Part shown: in pieces, positions 9,708-19,600 of the stretch
Layout of the letters: each line of letters begins with the position of its first letter
How positions within the stretch are numbered: position 1 is the stretch's first letter
The notes under the pieces: model-generated
What the model was told of the DNA's origin: nothing
What the model saw: only the letters and a program-made list of their open reading frames with translations
Database searches by the model: none
Translations under genes and position numbers: made by a program
NCBI GenBank assembly: GCA_024405635.1
Contig: JAKSOL010000007.1
Span: 1-64,000 of the forward strand
Length of the DNA stretch: 64,000 nt
Direction: 5' to 3'
From: Salinivirgaceae bacterium
GTDB taxonomy: Bacteria; Bacteroidota; Bacteroidia; Bacteroidales; SZUA-534

Positions 9708-12080
9708 CTATTCGCCAAAAACTTTTCGTGCATAGTTTACAGTTGCCATGGCATCGGGAGCGTAGGCATCGGCACCAATTTGGTCGGCATACTCTTGAGT
9801 AAGAACGGCACCACCAACAACAACTTTACATTCGGGATAATTGGCACGCAGTTGGTCAATGGTTTCCTTCATGCTTGGAACGGTGGTTGTCATTAGAGCG
9901 CTCAAACCAACAAGTTTTACTTGCTCGCGCATGGCAGTTTCAACAATAAGTTCAGGAGCCACATCTTTACCAAGATCAATAACCTCGTAGCCGTAATTGT
10001 CGAGCAAAACGCGTACAATGTTTTTGCCAATGTCGTGAATGTCGCCCTTAACGGTTGCAATAACAATTTTGTGAGTTTTAACAGTGCTACCGCCAGTAGC
10101 TGCAATGTGGTCTTTTATGGCAGCAAAAGCCGACTCAGCAGCCTCGGCGCTCATTAAAAGTTGAGGCAAGAACATAATACCTTTTTCAAACTTTTTGCCC
10201 ACCTCGTCAAGAGCGGGTATAAGCATGTTTTTAATTATGTCCATTGGTTCGTGTTGCTGCAACTCGGTTTTGGTTAGTTTGTTAGCCACATCTTTCAAAC
10301 CAAGTTTAACAGCGTCGTTCAAGGTCATTGCTGCGGCTTCGGGGGCTGGTTTCTTTTCGCCCGAATTTGAGTATTTGGCAATGTAGTTTACAAAGTTTGG
10401 GTCTTCGCCTTTAAGTGCTTTAACCGAGTAAAAGGTTGACATCATCTTGTCGGAGTGAGGATTGATGATGGCAGCGTCGAGTCCGCTGAATAAAGCTTCG
10501 GCAAAAAATGCGGCGTTGATGTTTTCGCGTTCGGGCAAACCAAACGAAATGTTTGATACACCCAAAACGGTTTGCACGCCTAGTTTTTTCACTTCACGCA
10601 ACGAGTCGATGGTAACTAAATACGATTGTCCGGTGCTTATGCTCATGGTAAGCACATCAATTAGTATTCGGTTTCGGTTTATTCCAAGTTTTTCGGCTTC
10701 GGCAATAATGTGTTTGGCAATGGCTACGCGGCCTTCAACTGTTTCGGGTATTCCGTTTTCGTCAAGAGTGAGGCCAACAACCATGCCGCCATATTTTTTT
10801 ACAAGCGGAAGAACGGTTTTTAGCGATTCGTCTTTTCCGTTTACCGAGTTTATCATTGCAATGCCGTTAACAATGCGTAGTGCACGTTCAAGCGCAATGG
10901 GGTCTGATGTGTCGATTTGAAGTGGCAGATTGACAACGCTTTGCAATTCTTTTACTACGTTTTCCATCACCACAGGTTCGTCAATTTCGGGCAAACCTAC
11001 GTTAACGTCAAGAATGTGGGCGCCATCGGCTTGCTCGTTTATTCCTTCGCGAAGAATGTAGGCAATGTCGCCATCGCGCAAGGCTTGTTTAAATTTAGGT
11101 TTACCAGTTGGGTTTATGCGTTCGCCAATAACTACCGAACCTTTTCCAACCACTACGGCTTTCATTCCTGACGAAACCATAGGGCAGTCAATTTGTCGAG
11201 GTTGAGGTAGTGGCAAATCTTTGCACGCGGCAATTTCGGCAGCAATGTGTTGTGGAGTTGTTCCGCAGCAACCGCCCATTATGTGAGCTATTGAAGCAAA
11301 ATGGTTTGTGCTGGCAGCAAAACCGTCGGGTTGCAGGTCGTAAACTGTGCGGCCGTCGGGAGTGCCTTTTGGTAAGCCTGCATTTGGGTTAAATACCAAA
11401 GGAAGCGAGCATACTTCGGTTAGTTGGCGGGCAAAAGGTTCCATTTGGTCGGGGCCTACACCGCAGTTAAAACCAAAGGCGTCAACGTTTAGTCCTTCAA
11501 CTAAGCATGCAATGGCAGCCACGTCGCCGCCGGTTAGCAGGTGGCCGGTTTCGTCAATCATAACAGTTACAACAACTGGCAGATTGGTGTTTTCTTTGGC
11601 GGCTAAAATTGCGGCCTTTAGTTCGTATGTGTCGCTAAATGTTTCGAAAAGAATAAGGTCGGCACCAGCTTTTTCGCCAGCCACGCACATTTGTTTAAAG
11701 TATTGGTAGGCGTCTTCAAAATCCAATTCGCCAAGAGGTTTTAGTAGTTTGCCTAAAGGACCAATGTCGGCAGCGGCAAACACTGTATGGTTAGCGCCTT
11801 GGGCAGCTTTGCGAATGTTGGCAATGGCGGCTGCAAAAATGTTTTCGACAGTGTATGGTGGGTTGGCAAACTTCATTGAGTTTGCGCCAAAGGTGTTACT
11901 TTTTATTATGTCGCAACCGGCGTCAACGTATTGTTTGTGAATGTTTTGCACAACGTCGGGGTGGTCAATGTTCCAAGCTTCGGGTAGTTCGCCTTGTTGT
12001 AGTCCGGCGTTAAAGAGCATTGTACCCATTGCACCATCGAAAAACAAACGGCGGCTTTTTAATTCGGCTATAAACGACAT
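9708..12080 (-). CDS. metH: Cobalamin-dependent methionine synthase (Hcy-binding, pterin-binding, cap and B12-binding domains; no fused reactivation domain)
   Basis: DGAMGT, GFNCG, GGCCGTTP, IGERINPTG, GVSNISFG, DIHDIGKN; ends after the B12 domain. Start set at MSFIAE (12080). Confidence 0.9.
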   Translation of the reverse strand: MSFIAELKSRRLFFDGAMGTMLFNAGLQQGELPEAWNIDHPDVVQNIHKQYVDAGCDIIKSNTFGANSMKFANPPYTVENIFAAAIANIRKAAQGANHTVFAAADIGPLGKLLKPLGELDFEDAYQYFKQMCVAGEKAGADLILFETFSDTYELKAAILAAKENTNLPVVVTVMIDETGHLLTGGDVAAIACLVEGLNVDAFGFNCGVGPDQMEPFARQLTEVCSLPLVFNPNAGLPKGTPDGRTVYDLQPDGFAASTNHFASIAHIMGGCCGTTPQHIAAEIAACKDLPLPQPRQIDCPMVSSGMKAVVVGKGSVVIGERINPTGKPKFKQALRDGDIAYILREGINEQADGAHILDVNVGLPEIDEPVVMENVVKELQSVVNLPLQIDTSDPIALERALRIVNGIAMINSVNGKDESLKTVLPLVKKYGGMVVGLTLDENGIPETVEGRVAIAKHIIAEAEKLGINRNRILIDVLTMSISTGQSYLVTIDSLREVKKLGVQTVLGVSNISFGLPERENINAAFFAEALFSGLDAAIINPHSDKMMSTFYSVKALKGEDPNFVNYIAKYSNSGEKKPAPEAAAMTLNDAVKLGLKDVANKLTKTELQQHEPMDIIKNMLIPALDEVGKKFEKGIMFLPQLLMSAEAAESAFAAIKDHIAATGGSTVKTHKIVIATVKGDIHDIGKNIVRVLLDNYGYEVIDLGKDVAPELIVETAMREQVKLVGLSALMTTTVPSMKETIDQLRANYPECKVVVGGAVLTQEYADQIGADAYAPDAMATVNYARKVFGE

Positions 12081-12084
12081 AATT

Positions 12085-12726
12085 TTAGTTGTTTTGTTTG
12101 TAGGCGCAGTTTGTTTGAGTGCAAATGTCGCACTTGTGAACCACGCACGATTTGGTTTTACTAACGCCAATAATTGCAGTTACCGATTTTGATGGGCGTA
12201 GCATCAGCGAGTCGGTTAGTTCAATGCCAATTAGTTTGGTGGCTTGTGTTTGGTTGAGCATCCAAGGTTGGTGTTCAAGGCTCACGTCGCCATAACCGGG
12301 ACTGAATCGTTTTCGGGTGAAAAGTCCTTGGCTTTCAACTTTTTTGGTTATTTCGTCTTCTTGTTGGTCGGCAAATTCCTCAATGGCGGCTGCGGCGCAA
12401 GCTTGCATAATTACTTGTTTGGTTACATGCGTTTTGCTGTAGGTGAGCAGCAGTTTGTCAACTCCAATTCCCAATGTGATGCAAAGCAGATAAACACTTT
12501 CAATATTGCCCAAATGTTTTGCAAACTTGGGGCTGTCAATGGTGTGGTTGCAAATAATAACCTTGTTGTTGGCAGTTTGAGCAGGTAGTTGTTTGCTCAC
12601 AGCACGAGGTGTGGCAACTTGCATCAGTTCGGCATAGCACTCGTCAATTAAGAGCTTGGTTTGTTGGTCGGGCGCTGAGCCTTTGTAACCCAAGTAACGC
12701 GATATTTCGGCATAAGGAGCCTGCAT
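12085..12726 (-). CDS. Stand-alone methionine synthase reactivation (AdoMet-binding) domain protein
   Basis: RYLGY at N-terminus, RFSPGYGD, PSKSVTAIIG and C-terminal CxxCxxxxC; lies between metF and metH. Confidence 0.85.
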   Translation of the reverse strand: MQAPYAEISRYLGYKGSAPDQQTKLLIDECYAELMQVATPRAVSKQLPAQTANNKVIICNHTIDSPKFAKHLGNIESVYLLCITLGIGVDKLLLTYSKTHVTKQVIMQACAAAAIEEFADQQEDEITKKVESQGLFTRKRFSPGYGDVSLEHQPWMLNQTQATKLIGIELTDSLMLRPSKSVTAIIGVSKTKSCVVHKCDICTQTNCAYKQNN

Positions 12727-13592
12727 TATCGGCCTAAAATTGACGATATGTTATTCAAAATTTGTTGTGCAACATCGGGCTTGTTCATGGTGTAAACGTG
12801 AATGCCACGAACGCCATTGGCAAGCAAGTCGATAATTTGTTCGGTAGCGTAGGCAATGCCAGCTTGTTTCATCGAAGCAGGGTCGTCGCCATACTTGTCG
12901 GCAATGCGGCGGAAACGGTTTGGCAATGTGGCACCTGATAGTGCGCACGAGCGGGCAATTTGTTTGCCATTGGTTACAGGCATCACACCGGCAATAACCG
13001 GAACATCAATGTTTTTGGCCATCATTCGGTACAAAAAGCTATAAAGAACGGTGTTGTCGAAAAACATTTGAGTAGTTAAAAAGTCGCAACCGTTGTCAAC
13101 TTTCATTTTAAGGAATTCAAGGTCTTTGTCTTGGTGTTCGCACTCTTGGTGGCACTCGGGATAGCAAGCAGCGCCAATGCAAAAATTTCCGTTCTTTTTA
13201 ATGTCTAAAATCAAGTCTGATGCGTGTTTGTAGTCCATTGCGGTTTGTGTTCCGTCTTTAGGCATATCGCCACGCAAGGCAAGAATGTTTTCAATGCCCG
13301 CATTTTTCAACTCGTTCAGTTGCGACACAACTTGTTGCTTGGTTGATGCAATGCAAGTTAAGTGGGCTAGTGCAGTCGATTGGTTAAGGTCTTGAATGGC
13401 TTTTGCCACCTCAATGGTGTTTTTTGAATTGCTACCGCCAGCTCCGTATGTAACACTAATAAAATCGGGTTTAAGAGTTGCAATTTTGGCCACAGCATCA
13501 AGTGTTGGCTCTATTGGCATTCCAGCTTTTGGAGGAAATACCTCAAATGAGAAACTTGGTTTGCCGCTTTTTAATATTTCTGAAATCTTCAT
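12726..13592 (-). CDS. metF: 5,10-methylenetetrahydrofolate reductase
   Basis: SFEVFPPK, SVTYGAGG, AHLTC, LALRGD, TQMFFD, HVYTMNK. Start MKISE (13592). Confidence 0.93.
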   Translation of the reverse strand: MKISEILKSGKPSFSFEVFPPKAGMPIEPTLDAVAKIATLKPDFISVTYGAGGSNSKNTIEVAKAIQDLNQSTALAHLTCIASTKQQVVSQLNELKNAGIENILALRGDMPKDGTQTAMDYKHASDLILDIKKNGNFCIGAACYPECHQECEHQDKDLEFLKMKVDNGCDFLTTQMFFDNTVLYSFLYRMMAKNIDVPVIAGVMPVTNGKQIARSCALSGATLPNRFRRIADKYGDDPASMKQAGIAYATEQIIDLLANGVRGIHVYTMNKPDVAQQILNNISSILGR

Positions 13593-13615
13593 TGTGAAGT
13601 GCTTTAATTTGGCTG

Positions 13616-13623
13616 CAAAAGTA
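13616..13623 (-). promoter_or_regulatory. Bacteroidota -7 promoter element (TActTTTG) for the met operon
   Basis: Reverse complement of caaaagta, about 25 nt upstream of the metF ATG. Confidence 0.6.
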
Positions 13624-13740
13624 GAAAATACACCATAATAGTCCAGTAGTGAATTATTCTTAATTATTAAACGAATTACTGTGTTTTTAGAAAAAAATTC
13701 TTGTTGCCGATAATGCATCCAATAATCCTTTACCCAACAT

Positions 13741-13795
13741 CGTTCCGCTTAGGAGATTCGTTTCTACTCATTCCGCACATGATGCGGAATCCCAT
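13741..13795 (+). repeat. 55-bp direct repeat copy 1 containing REP-like palindrome (c)tcATTCCGCAcatgaTGCGGAATccc
   Basis: Matches 14302-14356 with 4 mismatches. Confidence 0.9.
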
Positions 13796-13843
13796 TAAAA
13801 ATGGATATAACGCTTTGCTTGGTAACAGAATGCTATACGTCTA

Positions 13844-14194
13844 TCAAACGTTTTTTTCTCGGTTATAATTAGCCGCCACGGCATCCATAAATTCCACTGT
13901 CAAACCAATAGAATCGGATAAATCACGCCAAGAAGGATTAGTATTCTCTATTAATTCTTCTTTCCATTTTCTTTTCCAATTCTTGAGTTGTTTCTCACGA
14001 TTAATAGCATCAGCAAAACGCTCAAAACGCTCATAATAAACAAGTTTATGACAATTATACTTGAAAGTAACCCCTTTATTAATCTTTAGTTTGTGTTCTG
14101 CCACTCTGCGCATCAAATCATTTGTGACTCCTATATACAATACAGTATTTGTTTGATTACTAAGCAAATAAACAAAACCTGCAAACATTTTCAT
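13844..14194 (-). CDS. Small GIY-YIG nuclease family protein
   Basis: FVYLL...LYIGVTNDLMRRVAEH, LVYYE, AINREKQLKNWKRKWK, NPSWRDL. Confidence 0.9.
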   Translation of the reverse strand: MKMFAGFVYLLSNQTNTVLYIGVTNDLMRRVAEHKLKINKGVTFKYNCHKLVYYERFERFADAINREKQLKNWKRKWKEELIENTNPSWRDLSDSIGLTVEFMDAVAANYNREKNV

Positions 14195-14237
14195 TTGTAC
14201 AAATATTATGGTTTTGCAATAATAATGATTATTCTAT

Positions 14238-14264
14238 GAGATTGCGGGTCAAGCCCGCAATGAC
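14238..14264 (-). repeat. REP-like palindrome, inverted relative to the flanking copies (gtcATTGCGGGcttgaCCCGCAATctc on minus strand)
   Basis: attgcggg/cccgcaat stem with the same GTCATT...AATC frame as the other two copies. Confidence 0.8.
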
Positions 14265-14301
14265 AAGAAGAGGTAACGGTTATACGTTCTTAAACCGATG
14301 A

Positions 14302-14356
14302 CATTCCGCTCAGGTGATTCGTTTCTAGTCATTCCGCACATGATGCGGAATCCCAT
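14302..14356 (+). repeat. 55-bp direct repeat copy 2 containing REP-like palindrome gtcATTCCGCAcatgaTGCGGAATccc
   Basis: Matches 13741-13795. Confidence 0.9.
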
Positions 14357-14401
14357 CATAGAGCGTAGAATGGTTGAATTTTGTAGCGGTCAGTTCATTT
14401 T

Positions 14402-14464
14402 TACGTGTTTTGGACTTTTGCCAATTAGTAAAACACGTACATTTTTATTGCCGCAAATCGTTGG
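14402..14464 (+). repeat. Island boundary repeat A (left copy)
   Basis: 63 bp matching 29930-29992 with 4 mismatches; internal perfect inverted repeat tacgtgtttt/aaaacacgta. Confidence 0.9.
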
Positions 14465-14489
14465 GGGAAGAGATAGAATGATTTTCAAT

Positions 14490-14551
14490 CATCAACTTCT
14501 AGCTTGGCAGAAACATCAACAATCTAAAATCTCTTGTTTTTGATTAATGCA
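14490..14551 (+). repeat. Island boundary repeat B (left copy)
   Basis: 62 bp matching 29788-29849 with 3 mismatches. Confidence 0.9.
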
Positions 14552-14712
14552 AAACGGGGTGGGGAGGATTAGTTACTTTTTGCAGTTTATAGCATAACCA
14601 CACACTTCTTAAAATTGCCTAAATGACAATCAATTAAATGGTTAGATTACTTATTTAATTATTTATTAAAAGTTAATTAAGGAGAAATAACATTACTAAA
14701 CGATAAAAATAC

Positions 14713-14741
14713 TTTGCTCTATATAAAAAACTTTACATTTG
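14713..14741 (+). promoter_or_regulatory. Bacteroidota promoter (TTTG ... TAcaTTTG) upstream of the Rhs operon leader
   Basis: tttg at 14713-14716 and tacatttg at 14734-14741. Confidence 0.6.
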
Positions 14742-14870
14742 CGTATCTCATTTTATCATACTCATTTTAACAATAACCAAAATTAAGTATGAGTATTGTG
14801 AGATAGATATAAAATACTGAAAGCGTTTACTACGCTTGGTCTTGATGCTCTGAAACTTCGCAAACTTCAT

Positions 14871-15041
14871 TGTAAAGTCAAGAACAAAGCAATGGTTGAT
14901 GCTCGCGTTGTGTACGTATTCACCTTCTGTGCGTACCATATACACGTGGGTTCTGCATTGCTCGTTCTTCTTTACAGGGCAATGCGAAGGCCTCAGGGCG
15001 TGGAATGAGCAAAGTAATGACACCCACGTTTTTTTGTTTTT
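14871..15041 (+). ncRNA. Structured 5' leader with mutually exclusive helices and a terminator-like end (candidate attenuator)
   Basis: 14871-14894 pairs with 14956-14976; alternatively 14955-14963 pairs with 14977-14985, and 14944-14951 pairs with 15022-15029, followed by a T-tract. Confidence 0.55.
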
Positions 15042-15172
15042 ATACCTCTTGACTTTTTATTTTAAAATAGCTGTTGGGTGCTTAGCACAAAATGAGCTTG
15101 TCTACAGAATTTATAAGCATTCCTTATAATTTAATTGTATGACAAGCAACAAAAACAAACTATACCAACATT

Positions 15173-16678
15173 ATGGGAAAATACAAAAGATGGATAAAGG
15201 TATTGCTAATAAGTATTGCAATATTCTCAGCAAATACATTATATGCTCATGAGAAACAAAACTTTAAAAATAAAAAAGAGCAAAAAAATAAGGATAACAG
15301 CAAGCAAAATAAGAAGGATAAAACTGACTATAAGTTTGTTACAGATACTTCATATTCGGATGAACTCTTTGTAGATACAGTTATATTGATGAATATTTCA
15401 GCGGTTGTTAATGCTCAAATTGATACCCCTTTAGTTTATCTTCCATTAGAACATTTTAATGAGGGACGTCTTAGAAATTATACAGTTAACCATTTTATTG
15501 AGAATTTATTAGTTGAAGATACTGTATATGAGGGAGAATACTCCCTTATAAGACGGGAAGTAAAACAAGGATATATAGACTCTTGTACACAAGCTAATAC
15601 CATAGAATTAGAAGGTTTTATATCTCCAACAATAATGCAAGAAATAATAGTTGATAACGATTCTACACATGTGGATTTATACTATCAAAGAAAGTCGTAT
15701 ATGCTTATGTGGGAATTTAATGGCGGTACGGCTATTTCTAGCTACTATTCTGGTTGGCAAAAACATGGAACTAATATTAATACCCCTATTCTCGAAAAAC
15801 CAGGATATACTTATACATGGAATATTGAAGTACCTAAAACCTTAACGAAAAGTTCTCATTTTGAGGCACTATGGAAAACAAAGCAATACGAAGTGGAATG
15901 GATGTTGAATGATGGTACTGATTCAATTTTTACTACGTCAAAAGTAGATTATGATACAGAGATTAAAACACCATACACTTTACCTAATCGTAAGGGATAC
16001 TCATTTATGGGTTGGTCCACAAATCCATCTGACACAATAGCCAAAGTATCTTTAGGTTTGATGACAGGAAACGATACTCTCAATAAAAAATATTACGCTG
16101 TTTGGATAAAAGAGAAATATAGTGTCACATGGTATTGTAATGATGGCACAGATGAAGTATTTCAAATAGATAGCCTGTATTATGATGAAGAAATATTAGC
16201 GCCCAAAAGTACACCCAAATACAATGGGTTCAATTTTATAGGATGGTCAGCTAATCGTAGCGATACTGTGATTTCTCAGTTTGGCAGAATAGCAAATGTT
16301 GATGGAGCTAATTTTTATGCGATATGGGAAATAAATAATAATAGAGAAATATACACGCAAGAAAGTAAGCGCAATGGGCAGACTTATCAAAGCGCCAAAA
16401 GAGTAGAACAAACACATTCAGTACCTAAACAAGTTCTAGAGAAAAACACGTATAGAACGGTAACCGCGTCACCAAACCCAACAATAAGCAAAGTAAAGTA
16501 CTATGACTCTGAATTACAGCAAGGTGATGCTATTAGTGTTTATAACACAAATGGAGAGTTAATAATGACAATGATTTTGCAGTCAACTGACAATATAGAA
16601 ATTGATTTGTCAAATTACCCTCAAGGAGGATATATAATAGAGGTAAAAGATTTCAAGACAATGATTATTAAACAATAA
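15173..16678 (+). CDS. Secreted protein with InlB B-repeat (Flg_new-like) domains and a T9SS type A C-terminal sorting domain
   Basis: Signal peptide; repeats of P.R.GYSFMGW...YYAVW; C-terminus VTASPNPT...ISVYNTNGEL...IDLSNYPQGGYII...IIKQ. Confidence 0.8.
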   Translation: MGKYKRWIKVLLISIAIFSANTLYAHEKQNFKNKKEQKNKDNSKQNKKDKTDYKFVTDTSYSDELFVDTVILMNISAVVNAQIDTPLVYLPLEHFNEGRLRNYTVNHFIENLLVEDTVYEGEYSLIRREVKQGYIDSCTQANTIELEGFISPTIMQEIIVDNDSTHVDLYYQRKSYMLMWEFNGGTAISSYYSGWQKHGTNINTPILEKPGYTYTWNIEVPKTLTKSSHFEALWKTKQYEVEWMLNDGTDSIFTTSKVDYDTEIKTPYTLPNRKGYSFMGWSTNPSDTIAKVSLGLMTGNDTLNKKYYAVWIKEKYSVTWYCNDGTDEVFQIDSLYYDEEILAPKSTPKYNGFNFIGWSANRSDTVISQFGRIANVDGANFYAIWEINNNREIYTQESKRNGQTYQSAKRVEQTHSVPKQVLEKNTYRTVTASPNPTISKVKYYDSELQQGDAISVYNTNGELIMTMILQSTDNIEIDLSNYPQGGYIIEVKDFKTMIIKQ

Positions 16679-16684
16679 TAAAGG

Positions 16685-19600
16685 ATGAGGATAATGATGC
16701 AAATTAGAGCAATAATTATAGTTGTTATTTTTGGAATACTTCCTTTTAGTAACGAAGCACAACAAAACCTTATAAAAATCCCCGTTACAGACGTACCGTC
16801 GCCATATGCAGCTCAATTTATGCGTTATGGAGAAATTCCTGTTGGGCATACCACAGGAATACCCCAAATAGAAGTACCATTATATACCATTAAAACTGGA
16901 GTGGTTGATATTCCAATAACTCTTACTTATCATGCTTCTGGATTTCGTGTAAATGATGTTGCATCTCCAGCAGGTTTGGGATGGGTATTAAATGCAGGAG
17001 GAATGATTAGCAGAACAGTAATGGGGGCAGTTGATGAGCAAGCTATATATTCTTTAGGCAATGTCAATACAATAACAACAGAAGAAGAATTAAATAAAGT
17101 TAAAAATGGAGAGAAATTAATAAGTGGTGTTGACTTGAGCAATTCCCAAAATGCTGAGGAACTAAACTATTTATTCTTCAATACGGGTGATAATCCTAAT
17201 TGTGATGAGCGTTCAGACAAGTACTTTTATTCATTCATTGGCCATGTAGGAAATGCTCAATACAATAACAAAAATGTTGGTGAGGGATTGCAAACAATAC
17301 CATACGAGCCTTTAAAATTTGAAAGCATAAAAAATGGCTATAATGTATATTTTGTTGTTACCGATACCAAAGGTGTGAAGTACACATTTCAAGACACAGA
17401 ATATAATTTGAATAAAACAACTAATAAGGGTAAAGTTGTTGGAAGCTGGTATTTGACAAAAATTGTGTTTCCTGGGATTCCAGACGAAGTTACTTTTACG
17501 TACGAAGAAGGTACTATGTACCAGGTTAGAACAGTGGAACAAGTAATTAGATGTGTAGGGGGGGCATCTGTTCTGTGGGGAGAAACGCAGGAAAGAATAT
17601 GTAAAGCGCCTCTGTATGTTGGAGTTGAAGAAACATATGAAGAACCTAAAGCATACAATCAATATGTGTATAACCTAATATCGTGCAAACCAAAATTATT
17701 AAAAGAGATTAAATTTAAGGATGTCTCAGTAAGGTTTAACTATAGCAAGGATAGGAAAGATGCTCAACGCAAAAATGTTTCAGAACAGCTTGACAGATTG
17801 ACAAGTGTTGTTGTATCAAACAAACAGGAAACTATTGAAGAAATAAAATTTAATAACAATGCATACTTTGGAACACAAAAGGAAAACTATAGATTAAAGT
17901 TAACAGGAATTGACTTTGTTAAAGAAGGAGGAAAATATACGTTTACCTATAATGAATCATTAAATGCTCAATTACCACAGTACTATTATTATATGTCTCA
18001 CGTCAATTGTACTGAAGATTTTTGGGGATATTGGAATGGAACTTCGTCAGAGTATGTGTTTCATAATGGAGTTATTAAAAAATATGAAAACATTATAAAA
18101 AGATATGTAAATGGTTCAGATATTAGTAAAAAAACGACAAGTCGTCTATCAAGTGAAAGTCATACAAAGGCATGTATACTTACTGATATAAAGTATCCAA
18201 CAAAAGGTAAAACACATTTTGAATATAGCCTAAACGAGGGTTCGTTTTCTCCATCAAATATTTCAAATCCTAACAATAAATTAGGAGGGTTGCGAGTAGT
18301 ATCAGTAAAGAATTATGACGAAAATAATCTTGAAAAGGAGTGCAAAACATATAGCTATTCTGATGGTAGAACAATCTTTTCTGAAAACGCACTCTACTTT
18401 GAAGATTATTTTCACAACCAAACTCAATTGTTCGACATCTACACAGAATTGGGGATAAATGATGCCTGTATATGTGGTATAATAGGAAAACGCCACCAAT
18501 TGTTAGATGTGTATAATTTTTATAGTTCTCCATTTTGCCCTTTGTCTGGTTTAGGAGGAACACCAGTGTTTTATCAAACAGTGACTGAATACTTTGGAAC
18601 ATCAACATCAAACAACGGTTCTATTGAATATAACTATGGGTTTAATAGAGAAGAACGTGGTAGTGAATATACATGGGAAGGTTCACACATGCCGCAATCT
18701 TTCATTGCATCTATTGACTGTGATTATGGGTATGACAAAGGACAATTAATATCAGAAATAGTACTTGACGCGTCAGGGAACAGAAAGTATTCAAAGGAAA
18801 TGAACTACTCAACCTTCACCAATACAATAAAAACAGGACTAAGATTAGGGTTGTATGTAGAATTGGATAGTAAACTTGAAAGCAACAACGAAGATACAGA
18901 TCCTTACTTTGCCATAGGCGTATATGGAGGAGGATCTTATTATAAGAGTTACGTTTTGCAAAATATCATTGGTAAACAAACATTTGCCTATCAAACTGTA
19001 AAACAACCTATTAAAATGGTTGAGAAATGGTATGACGACAAAGGTTATACCACAATTAAGACAACAGAATATGCATATTGCTTAAAATCTAACGGTTCTT
19101 TAACTTCTTCTATTACAGGATTGTTAGCAGTTAATAACCCTTTGCGTACTAGTGTTACAAATAGCAATGGGTCAAAATACGAAGACGAAGTATTATTGCC
19201 TTGTTACTATTCGTATAAGAGTCAGTCTGTTTATAATGAAATGTGTAAAAACATGATGTATGAGTATCCAGTTACAATTCAAAGAAAAGTAGATGGCATG
19301 ATAAAAGAATACACCGATTATTCATTTCAAAAGTTTAATAATAGTTTTTATGCTCCTATTAGTATATCTCAAAATGGAGATAAACGTATTGATTGTAAAA
19401 ATTACGATAGTAGAGGCAATTTGATTTACGCAATAAAAGATGGAGCGCAACATATTGTTTGTATATATAGCTACAATTATTCCTACCCAGTTTTTAAAAT
19501 TGAAGGAGCAACATTAGCCCAAGTTGAAAAAATAATATCTCAAAATGGATATTCGTCTGTAGAAAATCTGGGGGCATCATATCCAACCGCCACCACAATT

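Noticed and set aside
13593-13740. Possible SAM or cobalamin riboswitch upstream of the met operon
   Set aside because: No conserved riboswitch motifs are seen, and the -7 promoter box is only ~25 nt from the ATG.
14298-15129. Short ORFs 14298-14543, 14748-15023 and 14896-15129
   Set aside because: They overlap repeats and the structured leader and show no protein-like motifs; treated as spurious.
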